Positions 58,600 to 64,000 of a DNA stretch of 64,000 nt are shown here, one piece after another (within the stretch, counting starts at the first letter, position 1; every line of letters starts with the position of its first letter). The notes beneath the pieces were generated by a model. It searched no databases. It saw nothing but the letters and a program-made list of their open reading frames with translations, and had not been told where the DNA came from. The DNA comes from an uncultured Alphaproteobacteria bacterium. Lineage in GTDB: Bacteria > Pseudomonadota > Alphaproteobacteria > Sphingomonadales > Sphingomonadaceae. Both the position numbers and the translations under genes were made by a program. The stretch is taken from contig CAVVQF010000006.1 of the NCBI GenBank assembly GCA_963750315.1, forward strand, positions 4,669-68,668, given 5' to 3'.

Positions 58600-59085
58600 T
58601 TAACGCTCGAGAACCATCGCGACGAGCGATCCGGCCGCGATCGCCACGCCGTAGGGAATTCCAGCTTTAGGCCGGAGCAGCACTACCTTCGTGCGCAAGT
58701 TTTCGCTCCAGCCGATCATGCGCAGGATGAGCACCACCAGCGCCAATACGCCGCCCGAAATCGCCACACAGATGAGCATCCACAATGCGCCGTGAAAATC
58801 GAACCACAGGCCAGTCGCGGCGAGCAGCTTCACGTCACCGCCGCCGAGTTTCCCAGCAGCGAACATCGGCGTTCCGACTGCCAGCAATGCCAGGAAGACC
58901 ACCAGGTTCTGCCAGAGCGGGATTGCTGGACCGACCGCAACCGCTGCAACGATTACGCCGACAAGCACCAAGCCGACCGTAATGTTGGAGATCCGGAGGC
59001 GGATGCCGTCCTCGACGGCGGCGGCGATCAGCAGAACCGCAAGGGCAAGCGCCAGCCATTGCGGCGCCAACACAGCGAGATTCAC
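58600..59085 (-). CDS. cpaA: Flp prepilin peptidase (A24; CpaA/TadV-like)
   Basis: AAVED...RISN, LGGGDVKLL, IPYGVAIAAG. Confidence 0.88.
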   Translation of the reverse strand: MNLAVLAPQWLALALAVLLIAAAVEDGIRLRISNITVGLVLVGVIVAAVAVGPAIPLWQNLVVFLALLAVGTPMFAAGKLGGGDVKLLAATGLWFDFHGALWMLICVAISGGVLALVVLILRMIGWSENLRTKVVLLRPKAGIPYGVAIAAGSLVAMVLER

Positions 59086-59904
59086 TTGGCGACCTGCGCC
59101 AATGCCAGATTGTTCGCTGCTCGCGCGTAATATTGGCTGCGCGCCTCGATTGCCTGCGTGAACGCGGCGACTGCCTTCTTGTTGTTGCCCTGCACCCTTG
59201 CAATCACTCCAGCATCGTTAAGCCGCGCCGCCCAGTCGGCTTCACTTTCAGCCGACCGTCGCTGCGGCAAATCTTCGCTCGCCGCGGCTCGGGCCAGTTC
59301 GAGGTTTGCCGCAATGCGCGCAGATTTCGGACTGATCGCGGCGGCGCGCTCAAAATTGCTCACCGCACTTGCCCAGCGGGCTCTAACGAGCATCGACCAC
59401 CCGATATTGTTGAGAACCTCCGAACGGTCGGGCGCGAGTGTCGCAGCGCGCGCGTCAGGATTCGTCGGCTACGGTCCAATTTGCGCGATAGTCCGCTGCG
59501 ACCCCGCGAGCGTTCCAGGCCCGCCATGTCGCGGTCGGATAGGCCGTCGCGCGTTCAAGCAGCTTTTCCGCCTGGGCGAGATCGCCAAGCTGCATCGCTG
59601 CGACGCCGGCATTCTCGTACATGGGTCCGTCGTTATTGCTGGTCGCGAGAAGCTGCAGGTACGCCGGAAATGCCGTCTTGTAGTCTCCGGAAGCGAAGGA
59701 AAGGTCTGCCAGCAGGCGATCGATCTGGGGACCTGTCGCGCCTGATTTCACCGCATTGGCGATCATCAAGCGCGCTTGGTCCAACCGCCCCGCCTTGATG
59801 GCGTAGGCGGCCTCGCTGAGCGACACTGGCGGAGCAGCAACTGCCGCAGGTGCCGGTGCGGGCTTTGCCCCTGCAAGGGCAGCCGCAACCGCCAGTGCGA
59901 TCAC
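59082..59904 (-). CDS. TPR protein, TadD-like (frameshift near 59455)
   Basis: TPR motifs AWNARGVAAD and ARLNDAGV..AVAAFTQAI..AANNL; within the tad operon. Confidence 0.7.
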
Positions 59905-61271
59905 GCGCGACTGGTCCGGAACGGCTTACGCCGGGCCGCGTCACTGCCGAGCAGCACGAGCACCTGCGATCCGTAAGGGCGCGGCGCGATCGGGAAGCCG
60001 AACTGAGCCGAAAGGCGTTGCGCCATCGCGCGCTGCTTGGCCGGGTACAGGATCACGCTCCGGCTGCGAGCGACCTGTGCATTCCCGATCGACATGCCCT
60101 TCCAGCCCCGAGCAGCAAGCCAGACGCGCGTGCGCGCCGCCAGACGATCGATCCGGGCGGCGTTGAGCAGCCGCACTTTGATTGGCTGTGCATTCGCCTC
60201 ACGAAGTGGAACGAACCGAACGGTCGTGGTGCGGCTCGTCTGCGCGACCGTCGTCGCCTGCCAAACGGGCTTCGGTACAGTGATCAAGGCGATCTCGCCC
60301 ATCGACACGCGCTCAAGGCGCGGACCGCCTTCCTGAACCACGGACGGCTCGACGGCGGGACGTGCGTAAGGCTTGAGCGGCTCGAGCGCGGCAACCTGAG
60401 CCGGCACGACCGCTGCCGGGACTGGAACGGGCTTGGGAGCGGGTACGGAGGCCGCGATCGGCTTTAGCGGAACGGTTGCAGATGCCGGCTGCCGCGGCTG
60501 CGACGGCGGCAGCTTGACCGTGATCGTCTGCCCGATGGCAGCCGTTTGAACGATCGGCTTCGGTGCTGGAGCAATTGCGGCTGCGACAGGCGCGGCCGGA
60601 CTGTCGAGAGTCATCTCGACACGACCCGTTTCAATTCCTGCCAATGCGACGCGGACATGATCGGGCGTCGATACCGAAAGATCGACTGGAGCTTCCTCGA
60701 ACGTCCGAGTTGGGAGCGGCGTTGCCGGAGCCGACGCCACCTGCACGGGCGCCAAGGGCGGCGCCGACGCGACTGCCTCGGCTGGATCGGGTGCTGCCAA
60801 AAGCGGCGCGGCGATTTCAGCCACCTGCTGTTCGGGCTCGGCCACGGCTGCTGAACGAGCCGCGATCTCGCGACGAACGTTGAGCGCTTCCACAGTCCGG
60901 CCCTGAAGCTGAAGTGAGGACGCGAACGCGCCGAGAACTTCTAGATTGGCCGGCTCAAGCGCAAGCGCCGCTTCGAAGTTGCGCCGCGACAGATCGTACC
61001 GTCGCATCTGGTCATAGCAGGTCGCAATGCCCGCTAACGGGGCCGCACTGTTCGGGTTTTCCCGTTCGGCCAGCCGGAATGCCTCGAGCGCCAGGGCCAC
61101 GTTGCCACGAGCGAGCTGCCCACGCGCTTCGGCGATCCGATACGGGACGGTCTGTTGGCCTTGCGCAAGCGGAGTCGGCGTCGATCGAATTTCCAGCTTG
61201 CCCTGCTCGCCGTTGCAGCCGGCAACTGCCAGCATCGTCGTCGAAACCAGGAATTTGGCCCCCCGATTCAT
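59901..61271 (-). CDS. TPR lipoprotein with LytR C-terminal domain
   Basis: Lipobox VAGC; N-terminal TPRs; C-terminus VRLLNAA...LAAR....L..RGW....GNA......ILY...VLLG.D. Confidence 0.78.
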   Translation of the reverse strand: MNRGAKFLVSTTMLAVAGCNGEQGKLEIRSTPTPLAQGQQTVPYRIAEARGQLARGNVALALEAFRLAERENPNSAAPLAGIATCYDQMRRYDLSRRNFEAALALEPANLEVLGAFASSLQLQGRTVEALNVRREIAARSAAVAEPEQQVAEIAAPLLAAPDPAEAVASAPPLAPVQVASAPATPLPTRTFEEAPVDLSVSTPDHVRVALAGIETGRVEMTLDSPAAPVAAAIAPAPKPIVQTAAIGQTITVKLPPSQPRQPASATVPLKPIAASVPAPKPVPVPAAVVPAQVAALEPLKPYARPAVEPSVVQEGGPRLERVSMGEIALITVPKPVWQATTVAQTSRTTTVRFVPLREANAQPIKVRLLNAARIDRLAARTRVWLAARGWKGMSIGNAQVARSRSVILYPAKQRAMAQRLSAQFGFPIAPRPYGSQVLVLLGSDAARRKPFRTSRA

Positions 61272-61272
61272 C

Positions 61273-62247
61273 TCATCCTCCCATGATAGGCACGAGACTA
61301 CGCATCACTCGAATTACTGCCGGCAGCATGAGCACACCGATCATGACCGGCAGCATGCAGCCCACGAGCGGAACTGACAGAAGCACCGGCAGGCGGTGCG
61401 CCTTTTCCTCAGCGCGCATGCGGCGGCGCTCACGCATTTCGGCCGCATAGACGCGCAAAGTCTGGGCGATCGACGAGCCCAGCTTCGATGACTGGATCAA
61501 CAGCGTCGCGAAAGCGCGGATTTCCTCGGCGCCCCCCGCCCTGTCGGCCATCCGGCGAAGGGCGTCTTCGTGGCTTCGTCCCGCTCGAAGCTCAAGCACC
61601 ACCGAGCCGAATTGCTCAGCAAGTTTGGGGTGGGACGTGGTCATCTCCATGCCAACGCGAGCGAAGGCGGCGTCCATGCCGAGACCTGCTTCGACGCAAA
61701 CCAGCATCAGGTCGAGCGCATCCGGAAAGCCGTTGACGATCTCCTGCTGGCGGCGGTCCGCCTTCGCGGAAATAAAGAGTGTGGGCAGATAGAGGCCAGC
61801 CAGCGCCGCGATAACAACGCCGCCGTAAATCTTGAAGATGCTCGGCGTCGAGCCGCTGGCATAGATGAGACCGAAAACCAGCAGAGGAAGCAGGATAACA
61901 AGCGTCAAGCGGATCAACGTGTAGAGCCGCGGCGCGTAGGAGGCCGTGTAGCCGGCATTGGCGAGCTTCTTGCGGACGGAATCGTCGCGCGTGTCGACCA
62001 GGGACAATCCGGTCTTCTCGATACTGTTTACGAGCTTGAGCCAAGAGCCTTCCGCGGTCTGCGAGCGAAGCGACGCACCAATGACCTGCTGGCCGCTACC
62101 ACCACCATCGGCAAGCCGCTGCCGGGACGCCTGCCTGGCCCCGATCGCAGCGGTTACGAAATACGCGCCGGCGACCACGAGGGCGAACAGCCCCAGGAGA
62201 ATTCCGAGGCGCAGAAGCGGGTACTGGGCGAACAGCTCAGCCATCAA
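61273..62247 (-). CDS. tadC: Tad pilus assembly protein TadC (T2SS F family)
   Basis: FPDALDLMLVCVEAGLG.DAA..RV, LIQS.KLGSSI..TLRV, RAEEKA..LPV. Confidence 0.92.
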   Translation of the reverse strand: MMAELFAQYPLLRLGILLGLFALVVAGAYFVTAAIGARQASRQRLADGGGSGQQVIGASLRSQTAEGSWLKLVNSIEKTGLSLVDTRDDSVRKKLANAGYTASYAPRLYTLIRLTLVILLPLLVFGLIYASGSTPSIFKIYGGVVIAALAGLYLPTLFISAKADRRQQEIVNGFPDALDLMLVCVEAGLGMDAAFARVGMEMTTSHPKLAEQFGSVVLELRAGRSHEDALRRMADRAGGAEEIRAFATLLIQSSKLGSSIAQTLRVYAAEMRERRRMRAEEKAHRLPVLLSVPLVGCMLPVMIGVLMLPAVIRVMRSLVPIMGG

Positions 62248-63249
62248 TCAGACCTTCAAATCGACTAACTTGCGGATCCAGATGAACCCGATGATGTACG
62301 CGATGATCAGCCCAAGGAAGCCCGGCAAGAAGGCGGGATCGTCCGCAACTTCCAGATAAAAGGCCGAGTTCAACAGGAAGAGCGACGCGAAAGCGAAGAC
62401 CGGTAGGACGGTCAACATGATCGCCGTCATGCGTCCTTCGCTCGAAAGCGCGCGGACCTTGAGATACATCGAATGCCGCTCACGGATCACGGTCGATAGA
62501 TTGTCGAGGATCTCCGCGAGGTTGCCGCCCGTTTCCGCCTGGACCGAGAGCGACACGACGAACATGTGCATGTCCTCAAGTTCCCAACGGTCCGCCATGG
62601 CCTGCAGGGCGTCGCGCAGTTCCGCACCATAGGTAACTTCGTCGACGACGACGCCGAACTGGCTACCGATCGGGTCAGGCATCTCAACGGTCAACAGGTC
62701 AAGGGCCGCAGCAATGGGATGTCCTGCTCGCAGGCCGCGAACGAACACGTCGAGCGCGACCGGAAACTGATCCTGCATCTTCTTGCGCGTGCGGTTTGCT
62801 TTGAACTGCAGGAACATCAGCGGCAGGAATGCGCCCACCGCAACCGCGAACGCCGTGACCATCAGGATGCGACCGATCGCAATCGGAACCCCGAACAAGG
62901 TCATCAGCACTAGAATTCCGAAGAATATCGCCACCGGCGCCAGCAGGATCATGAGCATCAACCGGCCGGTCGGAACCGTGACCTGCGCTGCAATCAGCAT
63001 CCGCTCGAAACGCTGCCCGAAATGCTGGAGCACGGGCGGGAGACCTGTCGGCAGAGCGCTTTCGCGGCGGCGAAGCAGGCTCATCGTCTGCTCGCGGTCA
63101 CGGCCCTCGCCAATCATGCGCAGGCGAAGATTGATCGCCTTTCCTTCGGCCCGGTTGCTAGCCATCCAGCCGACGACGACTTCGACGAGCAGGAGAACTG
63201 CACCGAACGTGCAGCCGAGAATCAGTGCCTTAAGCCAGCTGTCGTTCAT
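62248..63249 (-). CDS. tadB: Tad pilus assembly protein TadB (T2SS F family)
   Basis: [45 protein letters not shown]. Confidence 0.92.
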   Translation of the reverse strand: MNDSWLKALILGCTFGAVLLLVEVVVGWMASNRAEGKAINLRLRMIGEGRDREQTMSLLRRRESALPTGLPPVLQHFGQRFERMLIAAQVTVPTGRLMLMILLAPVAIFFGILVLMTLFGVPIAIGRILMVTAFAVAVGAFLPLMFLQFKANRTRKKMQDQFPVALDVFVRGLRAGHPIAAALDLLTVEMPDPIGSQFGVVVDEVTYGAELRDALQAMADRWELEDMHMFVVSLSVQAETGGNLAEILDNLSTVIRERHSMYLKVRALSSEGRMTAIMLTVLPVFAFASLFLLNSAFYLEVADDPAFLPGFLGLIIAYIIGFIWIRKLVDLKV

Positions 63250-64000
63250 CCCTCGAGCTTCGCGTCAGGGCGGAAGAGGTCGGCCGACAAGGTCACGCCA
63301 TGGGCCATGACCTGCTCGATGAACTTTGGCCGGATTCCAGTCGCTTCGAACTTGCCGAGCACCTGGCCGTCCGAAGAGACGCCGGTCTGACGGAATCGGA
63401 AGATTTCCTGCATCGTGACCACTTCACCCTCCATGCCCGTAAGTTCGGACAGGCTGAGCAGTTTGCGGCGGCCGTCCGACAGGCGGCCGATCTGGATCAC
63501 GACGTTGATGGCGGACGCGATCTGCGCACGGGCGGACCGCGCTGGAATGTCGATTCCGCTCATGCCGATCATCTGCTCGACGCGAGACAGAGCATCGCGG
63601 GCGGTATTGGCGTGAACGGTGGTCATCGACCCGTCGTGGCCGGTATTCATGGCTTGAAGCATGTCGAACGCTTCACCGGCGCGCACCTCGCCGACGATGA
63701 TGCGGTCGGGGCGCATACGCAGCGAGTTCTTGACCAACTCGCGCTGGGTGATCTCACCCTTGCCCTCGATGTTCGGGGGACGCGTCTCGAGCCGGACGTA
63801 ATGCTCCTGCTGGAGCTGGAGCTCGGCCGAGTCCTCGATGGTGACGATGCGCTCGCGATTGTCGATGTAGGCCGACATCGCATTGAGCATCGTCGTCTTA
63901 CCGGAACCGGTACCGCCCGAAATGAGGACGTTGCGTCGCGATTTGACGACCGCCTTCAAGACCTCCGCGACCGGTGCGGGAACGCTCCCGATCTCGATCA
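63246..64000 (-). CDS. cpaF: Pilus assembly ATPase CpaF/TadA (5' part outside the window)
   Basis: Walker [45 protein letters not shown]. Confidence 0.95.
   Translation of the reverse strand, partial: IEIGSVPAPVAEVLKAVVKSRRNVLISGGTGSGKTTMLNAMSAYIDNRERIVTIEDSAELQLQQEHYVRLETRPPNIEGKGEITQRELVKNSLRMRPDRIIVGEVRAGEAFDMLQAMNTGHDGSMTTVHANTARDALSRVEQMIGMSGIDIPARSARAQIASAINVVIQIGRLSDGRRKLLSLSELTGMEGEVVTMQEIFRFRQTGVSSDGQVLGKFEATGIRPKFIEQVMAHGVTLSADLFRPDAKLEG

Overview
This window is core chromosome of a GC-rich alphaproteobacterium. Gene content and order point to Sphingomonadaceae (inference). Housekeeping blocks include tRNA-Leu/ihfB/rpsA, cmk/tRNA-Ala, nadA, grxD-bolA, scoAB, thiSG, accBC, aat, tRNA-Trp-secE-nusG, rplK-rplA and part of a Tad/Cpa pilus operon. 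Accessory genes are interleaved: an MmeI-like type IIL restriction-modification gene with a BrnT/BrnA toxin-antitoxin pair, a GGDEF-EAL protein, three tandem Flp pilins, an ECF sigma/vWA module, two PEP-CTERM proteins and a TonB-dependent receptor/PepSY pair. Many genes, including essential ones (rpsA, accB, accC, secE), carry single-base frameshifts. These are most likely long-read consensus errors, so gene ends are approximate. The best signals lie outside the ORF track. (1) A candidate ~75-nt sRNA at ~23782-23856 has a consensus sigma54 promoter, an upstream enhancer-like box, a duplicated UGGUCCC motif and its own terminator. (2) A 30-aa transmembrane peptide at 9336-9428 has an AGGAGG RBS behind an exact alphaproteobacterial LexA box. 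(3) An ECF/vWA/anti-sigma-like trio has TonB-box-like motifs in non-receptor proteins. (4) aroA and aroQ are both missing from their usual syntenic positions. No CRISPR array, rRNA, integrase or transposase was seen.
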